Virus record (IMG/VR): IMGVR_UViG_3300009788_000087
DNA length: 64,000 nucleotides
DNA from: a virus
Strand: one strand, 5' to 3'
A model generated the notes under the pieces. The model saw nothing but the letters and a program-made list of their open reading frames with translations. It did no database searches and was not told where the DNA came from. Both the position numbers and the translations under genes were made by a program. This document shows, piece by piece, positions 1 to 8,944 of this stretch (the stretch's first letter is position 1; every line of letters starts with the position of its first letter).

Positions 1-206
1 CTCCAATCATTAGCAAACTTGTCTGCAGCTTCTTTTTCTTTTGTTGTAAATTGATCCCATGTAAACACTGGAATCTTATCAGTCGATGATGTACCAGTTG
101 ATTGTTTTTGTTTTTCCCATGGGTTTGGATCACTAGGTTTTATTGGCTGTTGCTTATCGAAATCCCATTGAAGCGTGGCTTCGTATAATTTGATGAGCTT
201 GATCAT
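1..206 (-). CDS. Hypothetical protein, 3' end runs off the window; possible internal head protein
   Basis: ATG at 206 gives MIKLIKLYEATLQWDFDKQQPIKP..., open to the window edge. Its N-terminal KL..LxE motif matches neighbouring genes. Confidence 0.6.
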   Translation of the reverse strand, partial: MIKLIKLYEATLQWDFDKQQPIKPSDPNPWEKQKQSTGTSSTDKIPVFTWDQFTTKEKEAADKFANDW

Positions 207-210
207 CTCT

Positions 211-588
211 CTACTTAAATCTCCTCTCGAATGCGCCGAGTTCCCTGAGGAACACACGCCACTCACGAAGCACTCTTCCCATAGCGTGTGACTCTGCTGT
301 ATTGTAAGCTCTCTTGTCCTCTCTAAGGGCCACATCCTCAAGGATATCCTGCACTGTCTCATTGAGCTTGCAAGCCATCTCGCTGAGCTCCAGTTTCACT
401 CGTGAGCCATGAGCCAGCTCCGCCACATACTGCCCAAACTTGCCGGAAGATTCGGTCTTATTGTGGTCGACCTTCTCCTTCGGTGACATCATTCCTGAGG
501 GTTGTTCTGCAGCTCCTTGCATGCCCTTGATGTCTTCCGGGTCAATTTCAACAGAGATCTTAAATGCTTCTGTTAATCGTGTTCTCAT
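211..588 (-). CDS. Hypothetical protein (125 aa), possible internal head protein
   Basis: ORF track; co-oriented and tightly packed downstream of the capsid gene; N-terminus MRTRLTE|A. Confidence 0.7.
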   Translation of the reverse strand: MRTRLTEAFKISVEIDPEDIKGMQGAAEQPSGMMSPKEKVDHNKTESSGKFGQYVAELAHGSRVKLELSEMACKLNETVQDILEDVALREDKRAYNTAESHAMGRVLREWRVFLRELGAFERRFK

Positions 589-1028
589 TTTTGTTCTCTC
601 GCTTGAGCACTTCGTTTAAATTCTCTGCCCAGTTCATTTACAAATCGATAATCCAAGTCTCTAACAAAATTAGCTATTGATTGTTTTTCACGTGTGGCTG
701 TTGCAAAGGCTTCCAGTATCCATGTAGCAGCATATTTTGCTTTGAGGTTGTACCATTTTTCAGGACCGTCATATACTAACCATGCTTTATCTGCTGTCCT
801 AAGTTTTAAATCCTGAACAGTTTGATCAAGATACTCTGAACCGTCTATATCTCTGCCTTCTCCGTATGCTTCCACTGAATCAGCAAGAAGTGTTATCAGT
901 ATCTCTCTTCCGTTGGACCATTTCTTTAGATGTACACTGTTGGGATCGACATACTGATTAACAAGCTTCTCTATTCTTTTTGTTGTAATGTCTGACGCTT
1001 CAAGAAGATATAGACTTGTTAGTTTCAC
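585..1028 (-). CDS. Hypothetical protein (147 aa), possible internal head protein
   Basis: ORF track; 4-nt overlap with the next gene; N-terminus MKLTSLYLLE|A. Confidence 0.75.
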   Translation of the reverse strand: MKLTSLYLLEASDITTKRIEKLVNQYVDPNSVHLKKWSNGREILITLLADSVEAYGEGRDIDGSEYLDQTVQDLKLRTADKAWLVYDGPEKWYNLKAKYAATWILEAFATATREKQSIANFVRDLDYRFVNELGREFKRSAQAREQK

Positions 1029-1030
1029 TC

Positions 1031-1315
1031 TTATCTCGGTGTCTTTCCTACAACGCCAAGCAATTGCTTAAACTTCTGCTGCACTACGTCATCGACCCCT
1101 GCATGATCCAAGATAACAATTGCGAGCTGAATGAGCTCATGTTCGTTCATGTCCCTGACAATTGGACTCTTAAACATCAGCTTAATTGCTTTATCGATGC
1201 GTGTGCCATGATTGTCGGCATCTTTGCCAAAATCTTTGTTAGCATCCTTATTGACATCTTTATCAGCTTCTTCTTCTTCTTCTTCTACGATTCGAAACAC
1301 TTCATTCAATTTCAT
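1031..1315 (-). CDS. Acidic hypothetical protein (94 aa), possible internal head protein
   Basis: Start moved from 1405, which lies inside the terminator hairpin, to the ATG at 1315 preceded by GGAGG. N-terminus MKLNEVFRIVE|EEEEE. Confidence 0.7.
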   Translation of the reverse strand: MKLNEVFRIVEEEEEEADKDVNKDANKDFGKDADNHGTRIDKAIKLMFKSPIVRDMNEHELIQLAIVILDHAGVDDVVQQKFKQLLGVVGKTPR

Positions 1316-1373
1316 ACCACAAACCTCCGCCGTTGTTTTAAATATGGGTTCGTAAGATCTTGTGTCTTCGGGC

Positions 1374-1407
1374 AAAAAAATGGTGCCGTCCGAAGACGGC
1401 ACCATTT
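1374..1407 (-). terminator. Rho-independent terminator after the major capsid gene
   Basis: Minus strand reads AAATGGTGCCGTC-TTCG-GACGGCACCATTT-TTTT: a perfect 13-bp stem, a C(UUCG)G tetraloop and a U-run, 26 nt after the capsid stop. Confidence 0.9.
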
Positions 1408-1433
1408 GATTTAGTACACTCTAGTAACCAGAC

Positions 1434-3152
1434 TTAGATTACGTTGAGGTCCTGCACCTGTACGGTTCCATAAAAGTCGCTTCGAACCAATTTCTTAGCG
1501 TACCTGGTCATCACACCCTTGCGAGGCGTGAAGTCTTCAGGTGCGTAGATCGTCGGAGTGACAATCAATGGCACGTAAGGTGCATACACAAAGCCCGTCT
1601 CGAGGAAGCTACCTCCCTTGTATCCAACAAGAACCTTGTTCCTGATGAAGTACGGATCCTTGTAGACCGTGAACCTGTTGTTCAGGCTACCGACCTTTTC
1701 AGTACCGACGGTGAACTGGCTCTCCTTTGGGTCCATCGAAAGGTTTGGCTTATAGAGCACTGATGCTTCCAGAATCGTGCAGACATCCGGAGATGTGACG
1801 AGGAAGTTAGCTGCTCCACGAAGCGTCTTGCGATGGATGTTGTTTGCGACGTCGATGACTGTCTCGATGAGAGTCTCGTACCACTCGCGAACAGTACCAG
1901 TGAAGGACGCACCAGTTGCGGTGTTGCCCGTGGTCTTATCCAGGAAGTTACCAGGCTTACGTGACCAGAAGAAGTTCGCGCCAGTTGCATTGTATAGCAA
2001 GTCAGCGAGAATTTCGCGGTCGATTTCAAGAGCGATCTGCTCTGAAAGCACCTGAGTAAGCTCAACCTCTGCATCCAAGTTCTGGTATGCAGCGAGGTCC
2101 TGAGCAAGCTCCGGAGTCCAGCGAGCCCTAAGCTTCCTGGTCTCAGCAGTCACACTGACTGACTGGATACGCAGGTCGATTTCTGGGATCGACGGAGTTG
2201 GGCTGGTAGCAAGGTCAGACTCGAAGACCGGGAGGGTCAACGTACCAGAAGTTCCACCTGTGAGGCTAGGATCAATCAGGTAACTGATCTTGATGGCGCC
2301 GTCAACACCGACACCTGCACCACCGAGCTGTGGCAGTGTACCACTTACGATGAATACAACATTATCACCGTCTCTTACCGTGTGGCGCCTGTAGACTACG
2401 ACATCTGCTGTTGCATCTGTACCGAGTCTAATAGGAACACCGTCGCTCGTTGTCGTGAATGACGTTGACGAACCTGACACGGGTACCCAATGCTTCAAGC
2501 CACCGATAGAAACATCAGAACCTGAACCGACTAGAATCGAGCGTGCACTTGTAACAGTGAGCTTGATAAGATTCGTCACTGAACCTGAAAGATCAGGATC
2601 ATGTGCGACGTCTGACAACGATGCAGTTGCTGCAGTGTAGTTGAATGACGCGACTGATACTCTTTCCCTACTTGAGAAGCTCGTACCGAAGTTATAGAAA
2701 CCTCCAGTACCTAGGTTCTCAGTTCCAGGTGCTGTCTGGTCACCGAACAATGAACCACCGACCGTAAAGTCGTCGTTCTTATTGCCGGCCTTGACAGTAT
2801 CAAACCTGTAGTCGAGGTAGAAGAGAAGTCCTGATGGCAGACTCATTGGCTGCACAGAAACGAGCTCGTTCGCGATCAGACCACCGAATACACGGCGTAC
2901 GATTGGGAATGCAACGTTCTGGAAACCGATAATGTCAGCTACCTGTGACTGCTCGTTAAGAAGCTCGCCAGCCATGTTCTCGAGAAGAACGGCCATGTTA
3001 GACTTGTCAGCCTGGTTACGACTGTCGTCTAGACCCTCGAGAAGACCGGTGACGGTCCACTTCTCAACTAGTCTCTTTACCTCAGCTTTACGATCATTCT
3101 TATAAATGTCCTTCGTAAGTGCTGCGAGGTTGAAATTAGCTTGCCTTGGCAT
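1434..3152 (-). CDS. gp23: Major capsid protein, T4 gp23-like (572 aa)
   Basis: Motifs KW..TGLLEG, VSVQPMSLPSGLLFYL, V.AETRKLRARWTPELAQDL, EIDREI, GFVYAPYVPL, GVMTRYA. AAGGAG SD. Likely protease site LNE|Q at residue 67. Confidence 0.97.
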   Translation of the reverse strand: MPRQANFNLAALTKDIYKNDRKAEVKRLVEKWTVTGLLEGLDDSRNQADKSNMAVLLENMAGELLNEQSQVADIIGFQNVAFPIVRRVFGGLIANELVSVQPMSLPSGLLFYLDYRFDTVKAGNKNDDFTVGGSLFGDQTAPGTENLGTGGFYNFGTSFSSRERVSVASFNYTAATASLSDVAHDPDLSGSVTNLIKLTVTSARSILVGSGSDVSIGGLKHWVPVSGSSTSFTTTSDGVPIRLGTDATADVVVYRRHTVRDGDNVVFIVSGTLPQLGGAGVGVDGAIKISYLIDPSLTGGTSGTLTLPVFESDLATSPTPSIPEIDLRIQSVSVTAETRKLRARWTPELAQDLAAYQNLDAEVELTQVLSEQIALEIDREILADLLYNATGANFFWSRKPGNFLDKTTGNTATGASFTGTVREWYETLIETVIDVANNIHRKTLRGAANFLVTSPDVCTILEASVLYKPNLSMDPKESQFTVGTEKVGSLNNRFTVYKDPYFIRNKVLVGYKGGSFLETGFVYAPYVPLIVTPTIYAPEDFTPRKGVMTRYAKKLVRSDFYGTVQVQDLNVI

Positions 3153-3187
3153 CTTTTGTATCTCCTTTAAATCTTTCTTTTCAATGT

Positions 3188-4543
3188 TTATGATACGAGG
3201 CCAGCGAGTTCCCTCTGACGTGCGAATTGTGTTCGCATGCTATTTCCATCCACAGATTCCCTGAGGACCTTTTGGTCCGGTGATCCGCTGGTAAGCCTTC
3301 GTTGAGCGTTTGGTCGGTTGCGACGGACTCTTCCTTCATTGAGGTGGAGCGCCGACTTGAACGAAGCCTTGAGAGCCTCGGACACGATGCGTGCTTCCCT
3401 GACATTTGCAGCCTCGTCAATCTTAGAGATGACAAGCTTCTTCTGCTCATTGGTCAAGTTCTTACCGAAATCATTGAGGATTTCGTTTACATGGAGAACC
3501 TTTCTATTGAAGAGGTTAACTTCATGGATTTGCTTCTTTAGTTCCTTGATGACGCCAGCTGCCTGAGCGAACTGTGATTCAAGGTACATGACGTAGCGTG
3601 CAAGCTCCTGGTTTTCCTTGAGACCCTTTTCGATTGCCTCTTTTACCTGGTAGTCCTGCGCCTGCGGTGGCTTGCCCTCTTCCCAAGGCTTATCACTATC
3701 TTCATCGTGAAGACCCTGTGAGTCATTTGCCTTGCGAGGATTCTCAGTTTCCCACTTAGAAGTATTATATGTGTCAGCGTAACCACTCGTTACGTTTGGG
3801 CTCCAATCAACGGAAGTTTCCTGCAGTGCTGCAGCAGACTTCATCACGTTTTCGTAAGCCTTCCTTAGACCTGCTTCGTCGATAGTGATTTCTTCGTCCA
3901 TGTCTTCTTCCTCTGGTGCACCCTTTTTTTCACCGAGTGTAGGTATTTGTGATTCGTCTTCACGATCATATTCTTCTTCATCGCCACCGAAGTCACCACC
4001 ATAGTCACCCATCGGAGGCATGTCACCCATTTCAGGCAGTTCTTCATCGCCGCCCATATGGCCCATTTCGGGCAGTTCTTCGTCACCCATGCCGCCCATC
4101 GGAGGCATGCCGCCCATTTCATATGACATGTCCTGCATAGCATCCATGTCGCCTTCAGCACCGCGACGTGGCATTCCGCCGAGCTCTTCTTCATCACCCA
4201 TTTCGGCAATACCAGGGAACATAGATTCAAGAGACTCTTTCTCGAGTTCCTTCTCGTCCTTCTTACCCTTGTCGTCTTTCTTCTCGGCCATTGTGTCTTC
4301 TCCCTCGAGCTGCTTTCCTTCTTCAAATTCAGGATTTTCGCCTCGGCCCTCTTCTCCTCGACGGACTCGGTCGACATCTTCTGATCTGACAGAATGATTG
4401 ATATGCCTCTCGACGAGATTTCGAATAGATGAAGACATCTCCTCGACGAGCTTCTGTTTCGCAACCTCAACGGCTGCATTCTTAACCTGTTGCGCGTCTG
4501 CCACAGCTTCTTTAACGATGTTTCTACCGCTAGCTCCCATCAT
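3188..4543 (-). CDS. Prohead core/scaffold protein, gp22-like (451 aa)
   Basis: Immediately upstream of the MCP; very acidic Met/Gly-rich middle; C-terminal coiled coil (IKELKKQIHEVNLFNRKVLHVN...IDEA.NVREA) ending R.RELAGL, typical of large-phage scaffolds. Confidence 0.8.
   Translation of the reverse strand: MMGASGRNIVKEAVADAQQVKNAAVEVAKQKLVEEMSSSIRNLVERHINHSVRSEDVDRVRRGEEGRGENPEFEEGKQLEGEDTMAEKKDDKGKKDEKELEKESLESMFPGIAEMGDEEELGGMPRRGAEGDMDAMQDMSYEMGGMPPMGGMGDEELPEMGHMGGDEELPEMGDMPPMGDYGGDFGGDEEEYDREDESQIPTLGEKKGAPEEEDMDEEITIDEAGLRKAYENVMKSAAALQETSVDWSPNVTSGYADTYNTSKWETENPRKANDSQGLHDEDSDKPWEEGKPPQAQDYQVKEAIEKGLKENQELARYVMYLESQFAQAAGVIKELKKQIHEVNLFNRKVLHVNEILNDFGKNLTNEQKKLVISKIDEAANVREARIVSEALKASFKSALHLNEGRVRRNRPNAQRRLTSGSPDQKVLRESVDGNSMRTQFARQRELAGLVS
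4026..4087 (-). repeat. 36-nt-period tandem duplication encoding GDEELPEMG twice in the scaffold
   Basis: cccatttcaggcagttcttcatcgcc (4026-4051) versus cccatttcgggcagttcttcgtcacc (4062-4087). Confidence 0.85.
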
Positions 4544-4573
4544 TGATCTCCATTGACCTAATGAATCTACAAC

Positions 4574-4579
4574 TAAATA
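4574..4579 (-). promoter_or_regulatory. Candidate late-promoter element TATTTA (TAnTTA family) upstream of the scaffold-capsid unit
   Basis: Same TAnTTA hexamer found in about 11 intergenic or junction positions upstream of late genes. Confidence 0.4.
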
Positions 4580-4608
4580 ATGTAAGACTTTCTTTTCAAA
4601 CTATTTTT

Positions 4609-4830
4609 CTACTTTCTAACGTTATTTCTTGCAGTCCATTTCGCCTTTTCTTTCTTACGTCTTCTAATAACGGATGGTTTCTCGAAGTATGCCCTGTGAG
4701 TTACCTCTTTAAGTATTCCATTGTCTCTCACTAGCTTTGCGAAGCGCTTAATCATACGATCTGTAGCTTCATTCTTACGAGGGGTAACTTCAAGGTGTTT
4801 AATCAGGACAGCATCTCCGGGTGGTTTCAT
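4609..4830 (-). CDS. rpsU: Phage-encoded 30S ribosomal protein bS21 (73 aa)
   Basis: EVTPRKNEATDRMIKRFAKLVRDNGILKEV..RAYFEKPSVIRRRKK matches the bS21 pattern (ikrFkr..gil.E...r.yyEKPS..Rrrk). ATG at 4830 directly follows the upstream stop. Confidence 0.92.
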   Translation of the reverse strand: MKPPGDAVLIKHLEVTPRKNEATDRMIKRFAKLVRDNGILKEVTHRAYFEKPSVIRRRKKEKAKWTARNNVRK

Positions 4831-4831
4831 G

Positions 4832-5419
4832 TTATTTCTTCTTTCTTCTTGAGGTATTTTCAATTAACCTCTTACTATGTGATTGAGTTTCCATCGACTT
4901 AACATATTTCGGCTCGCGAGGCTTAAAATTCTTTGACTCTCTGACTGGCACGCTGTACCAGTGAGCTAGCTGCTCCCAGACAGCTCCTTCCTTCTTTGTA
5001 GTTTTCCAGCCTTCCATCTTTGGATTGCTCATACTACCTTGCTTTCCCATATGTACACGTGTGTTATACGGTGCAGATTCTTTCATCTTCGCGTTCGGCA
5101 TTGGTTTGAGCTTGAACTCTTCCATCATCGTGTGTTTCACGATTGCTCTAAGCGCAGACTCAGATGTCCACGGTCCCATGTTGGACTTGCCCTGTCTCTG
5201 CAAGCGATTGCCTTCCTTTGTTGAAGTACTGAGAGGTTGTGAGAAGTCCAAATTCCCTCCAGAACTAAAACCACGAGGAGATACATCTTCATCGACATAA
5301 CCATCAACGCCCTTCTTGCCCTTTTCGTCTTTCTTCTTGTCGTCTTTTGCTTTTTTCTCGACAAGATTTCTAGCTACTTTACGAATAACGCTCTTTAGTT
5401 CTTCTATAGTAAGCTTCAT
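4832..5419 (-). CDS. Basic hypothetical head-region protein (195 aa)
   Basis: Start reassigned to MKLTIEELKSVIRKVARNLVE (5419), 1 nt after the upstream stop. Low complexity. Confidence 0.75.
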   Translation of the reverse strand: MKLTIEELKSVIRKVARNLVEKKAKDDKKKDEKGKKGVDGYVDEDVSPRGFSSGGNLDFSQPLSTSTKEGNRLQRQGKSNMGPWTSESALRAIVKHTMMEEFKLKPMPNAKMKESAPYNTRVHMGKQGSMSNPKMEGWKTTKKEGAVWEQLAHWYSVPVRESKNFKPREPKYVKSMETQSHSKRLIENTSRRKKK

Positions 5420-5420
5420 T

Positions 5421-6626
5421 TTAATAGTGCCCCGCTCCGCCAATTGCTTTCATGATCCTCTCAGACATTCTCTCGATGTTCATTCCTTCACCGGTGAGCA
5501 CGTCAGATGCCCATGTTTCATAAATACCGAGAAGTTTGTCTTTTCCGATTTCTCCGAGAGATTTCATGAAATGTTCTGGTTCTATTTGAATGAGAAATTT
5601 CACAAGACTAGGTTCGTCCATTGTATCAAGTTGCTTACGTGCAGTCCCATGTACGTCCATGAACGTATTCTTTGCAAAATCTAGATCTACATCATGCATG
5701 GAGTGAGAGCACTGCTTCGGTGCTGCAGGTGTATCTTTCATGCTAACGAAAGCTTCTATCAATCCGTAGTGATAGTTTTCTTTCCACGTAAATCCAGGCT
5801 GCATCCTAGAGTATTTCAATGAATGACCAGGTGTCTGTGTAAACTTAGCTCCACCGACCTGTTTCATCCTAGCATCAATAGTGTCCGTATCTTTTGTCTC
5901 ATCGTCTGTTGGAATATGGAATGCTATGATATCATCATCTTCTGGGTGTTGGACACTCATCTCAGGAGAACGCTTCATAATATTTCCCTGAAATGGCAGT
6001 CCATAGTTATACTCGTCTTGCCTGCGGAAAGGACCTTCTCCTTTACCAGCCCTCTCAAGATCATCGTCAGTCACGGCATTATCCCATGGATTACCCTTTG
6101 GTCGAGCGCTCCACTGACCCGAAGTGCCTGGATGTACCCTTCCACCAGTATGTTGGCCGCCCGTTCCTTGTCCAGCTTTGGCGACGTTGAATGGGACGCC
6201 CATTGCTTCAGCTGTCTTATCAAGCCATGGATCATCTTTCTCGTCTGGCACACCAAACTTTGACCTAGAACGCGGCGGATTGCTTACGATATTTCCCTGC
6301 ATGGGAGTGCCGTTCAAGACTCCATCGATCTCATCCATCCCGTCCATCCCGTCTATCCAACGTTCATCATCTGACGGTACACCTTTAGGAACTGGAACTG
6401 ACTGAAGTGATGGTCCGTGTCCAGCACTATCACGTGAATATGCGTGCGGTTGACCCCAGCTAGGTTGTGCTTTACCGTATGGGAATTTATCATCTCCCGT
6501 CTGGTATGCCTTGCGATTGACTCCTTTTCCACGGATACCAGATGTATCCGGACGGAAGAACATCGAGCCACCATAGCTAGACTGGTCTTCTCTCAGTGAG
6601 CGATAGTATGTTTCTCTTATGCTCAT
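5421..6626 (-). CDS. Hypothetical Gly/Pro/Asp-rich head-region protein (401 aa)
   Basis: Long ORF with 1-nt overlap to the upstream gene; N-terminus MSIRETYYRSLRE|D. Confidence 0.8.
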   Translation of the reverse strand: MSIRETYYRSLREDQSSYGGSMFFRPDTSGIRGKGVNRKAYQTGDDKFPYGKAQPSWGQPHAYSRDSAGHGPSLQSVPVPKGVPSDDERWIDGMDGMDEIDGVLNGTPMQGNIVSNPPRSRSKFGVPDEKDDPWLDKTAEAMGVPFNVAKAGQGTGGQHTGGRVHPGTSGQWSARPKGNPWDNAVTDDDLERAGKGEGPFRRQDEYNYGLPFQGNIMKRSPEMSVQHPEDDDIIAFHIPTDDETKDTDTIDARMKQVGGAKFTQTPGHSLKYSRMQPGFTWKENYHYGLIEAFVSMKDTPAAPKQCSHSMHDVDLDFAKNTFMDVHGTARKQLDTMDEPSLVKFLIQIEPEHFMKSLGEIGKDKLLGIYETWASDVLTGEGMNIERMSERIMKAIGGAGHY

Positions 6627-7231
6627 TACCTCGTAATTGGAGCTTTGCTCGTATCAATACGAATCTCATCAAGTTTCTTGCGTCGTTCCTCAAGTGCACG
6701 TTCTTGGCCTTGAGTTGTCTGCTGCATTATTCCTTTATTGCTTTGACCTGACATCTTTCTAAAGATCTCACCGTAGCGTGACGGATCTGACATTTCTAAT
6801 TCGCCACGAGAATTTGTCTCCACAGGTCCCATAATTGGTATTGAGGGTTTGCCAGCACCTTCACGCATGTTTGTAGGGACGACATTTTTGAACATTGACG
6901 CAAGCAGCGGATTTTCTTTTGCGAACAGCGCAGATCTTGCTGTTTCGTTCTTACGAGTAATTGTCCCCTGTTGATAGATTCCCTCGTCTGAGTTGTCCAT
7001 CATTTCAGGAACATGCTCATCTCTTGCATTTGAAAGTTCTTTCTCGTAGATATCTTCAAACTTCATTGATTGACGCTGCGGTGATGGTGGCCTCTGCGGT
7101 TGGACTGGTGATCCAACAGCTTCATGTACAAGGTTCTTTATGTACATCTCAGATACGACTTTAGGAAGTAGCTTTCGCACTTCTTCCGCTACGATCACTC
7201 TGATCATCTCTACCATTGTTGGTTTCTTCAT
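6626..7231 (-). CDS. Hypothetical head-region protein (201 aa)
   Basis: ORF track; N-terminus MKKPTMVEMIRVIVAEEV; tight packing. Confidence 0.8.
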   Translation of the reverse strand: MKKPTMVEMIRVIVAEEVRKLLPKVVSEMYIKNLVHEAVGSPVQPQRPPSPQRQSMKFEDIYEKELSNARDEHVPEMMDNSDEGIYQQGTITRKNETARSALFAKENPLLASMFKNVVPTNMREGAGKPSIPIMGPVETNSRGELEMSDPSRYGEIFRKMSGQSNKGIMQQTTQGQERALEERRKKLDEIRIDTSKAPITR

Positions 7232-7265
7232 CTTAATACACTTTCATTTAATTTTATCTACCATC

Positions 7266-7271
7266 TAAGTA
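7266..7271 (-). promoter_or_regulatory. Candidate late-promoter element TACTTA
   Basis: TAnTTA in the 46-nt spacer at the junction of the GC-rich cassette and the head genes. Confidence 0.35.
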
Positions 7272-7277
7272 TAGATG

Positions 7278-8054
7278 TCAACTACAAACAGGTATAAAAG
7301 CATCTAATGCAGCTCCCAGTAGTTCTCCTAGTTCAGCGCAACCATCGGCGGTGTAATGCTTATTGTCTATATCTAGGTTGATCACGTCCGGATTCACGAC
7401 TGTGACACGCGAGTCAGCCGCTGCTACAGCATCCTGCGCCGTGCGAATAGTCCCCGCAAAAGCCGCGACGTTGTCTGCATTAAGTCGCGCGATAATAAAT
7501 GGCATCGTGGCGTTATTGAAGTCAATACGAGCCTGTGCAATGAAACTATTCAAGTTTGTCTCGTATGCGTCGGCTTCGACCTCCACTATGGAATCCGCCT
7601 CACCCTGAATCCAAATCATGCCGACGACTTCGTAGCCTCCAGCCCATGCATTGAGCTGTGCTGCTCTATTCTCCAGGAATGCTTTCATGCGACTGTAAAG
7701 TACGGTACCAGTAGATGCCGTCTCGTCCCAGTCATTGGCTAAATCAGTAGCGCCGGTAGCGCATTTAACTAAGTAGACTTCTCCGTGTGTCTGAATGTTT
7801 GGTATATTACGAACAATGCCAACTTCAGGCCCAAACTCTCCCTGTGAGTTGACGCGCGATTTTGTATCGTGCCATCCCCACTCAAATGCGCAAGGCGATG
7901 CACCGTCATCACTAGAACATTGCAATTGTTGCACGATTCTCACGCCCGGGAATTCGTCTCCGTAATTAGCGAAACCTCCAGTCAGGTTTGCAGGGTCGGT
8001 GGCCAAGCCGAGTGCGTTGCTCTGGCCAGCGAGAATGATAACCTGATTAGCCAT
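7278..8054 (-). CDS. Sialate O-acetylesterase-like SGNH hydrolase (SASA/CE6-type, 258 aa)
   Basis: VIILAGQSNA (catalytic Ser block), GMIWIQGEADS, and C-terminal D..HY (DNKHYTADG) are the hallmark blocks of the family. Confidence 0.9.
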   Translation of the reverse strand: MANQVIILAGQSNALGLATDPANLTGGFANYGDEFPGVRIVQQLQCSSDDGASPCAFEWGWHDTKSRVNSQGEFGPEVGIVRNIPNIQTHGEVYLVKCATGATDLANDWDETASTGTVLYSRMKAFLENRAAQLNAWAGGYEVVGMIWIQGEADSIVEVEADAYETNLNSFIAQARIDFNNATMPFIIARLNADNVAAFAGTIRTAQDAVAAADSRVTVVNPDVINLDIDNKHYTADGCAELGELLGAALDAFIPVCS

Positions 8055-8941
8055 TATGCTGTCACCATCTGTGTGTGAAAGGTTGCGAGAGATGCTTGTG
8101 TAACCGCTTCCGCTGCGGCACCCTCGAACAGTAGGACATAAGCAATGTCCGCACCTGCTGCGGGGAAGCGTGAATCCCCGATCGTGAAGTAGCTGTTATT
8201 GGTAACGAAGGTCAGTGTACTCACGTCACGTGTATGCTCCGATATTTCATTCATTGTCTTGACCGTCTGCGCGGTCGCATTATAGACCATGCCACCGATG
8301 TGCCAGTTTCCGTCATTACTATCACCGACGATCAGGCTATTGGCTACGCTGGCCGTGCCATCACTGATCGTAGTGGTTAGGCGTCCGAGCGAGTCAAACG
8401 AAGAGACAATACCAGCATTGTCAGCCGCGGGCGCGGCAGCCAGCCCCCGCCCCTTTGAGAGCAGTGCCAACGTCGCCGCGTTTTCGACAGCTACGTTATA
8501 CACGGCCATCCATGCGGTGCTCTGTGTAAGGTCCCCGATGAGGACGTTGCTCGCGGCAAATCGTTCACTGGATAAGATTGTAAGTCTGATCGCTGTTCGG
8601 CTGCCTTGTAATCCTGATGTTGCAATTGCCCATTCCGCACCATCTACATCACCCTCGAAAAGCTGCTCATCCTGAAGCGCATCGACAAGGTTGTTATCGG
8701 TTGTTTCTTGACATGTCCAGATGTAACTGGGTGTTGCGGCAGGTACGCCGAGGGCTGTAGCCACTGCTGCTGCAGTAATGGGAAAATTTGTGTCAGTGAC
8801 AGCAGAAGATACTTCAGCCCCCGTTGGAATGCACGAAGTCCCTATTGAATCCGAATGTGACAGATCTCCACTAAGAATACGTGGGTCTTCGTGCAAACCA
8901 CCAGTAATCAATCGACCGAATGCATCATAGAATGGAGTCAT
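8054..8941 (-). CDS. LamG/concanavalin-like lectin-domain virion protein with a conserved N-terminal module (295 aa)
   Basis: NDGNWHIGGMVYN and FTIGD...DIAYV LamG-type pattern. The first ~33 aa are homologous to those of 9496-10341. Confidence 0.7.
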   Translation of the reverse strand: MTPFYDAFGRLITGGLHEDPRILSGDLSHSDSIGTSCIPTGAEVSSAVTDTNFPITAAAVATALGVPAATPSYIWTCQETTDNNLVDALQDEQLFEGDVDGAEWAIATSGLQGSRTAIRLTILSSERFAASNVLIGDLTQSTAWMAVYNVAVENAATLALLSKGRGLAAAPAADNAGIVSSFDSLGRLTTTISDGTASVANSLIVGDSNDGNWHIGGMVYNATAQTVKTMNEISEHTRDVSTLTFVTNNSYFTIGDSRFPAAGADIAYVLLFEGAAAEAVTQASLATFHTQMVTA

Positions 8942-8944
8942 AAT

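Noticed and set aside
1266-1286. (CTT)n microsatellite-like run
   Set aside because: It encodes the poly-Glu tract (GAA repeats) of the 94-aa protein; it is not a separate repeat element.
1316-1405. The 30-codon N-terminal extension given by the ORF track for 1031-1405
   Set aside because: It starts inside the terminator hairpin; the ATG at 1315 has a GGAGG SD and the family-type N-terminus.
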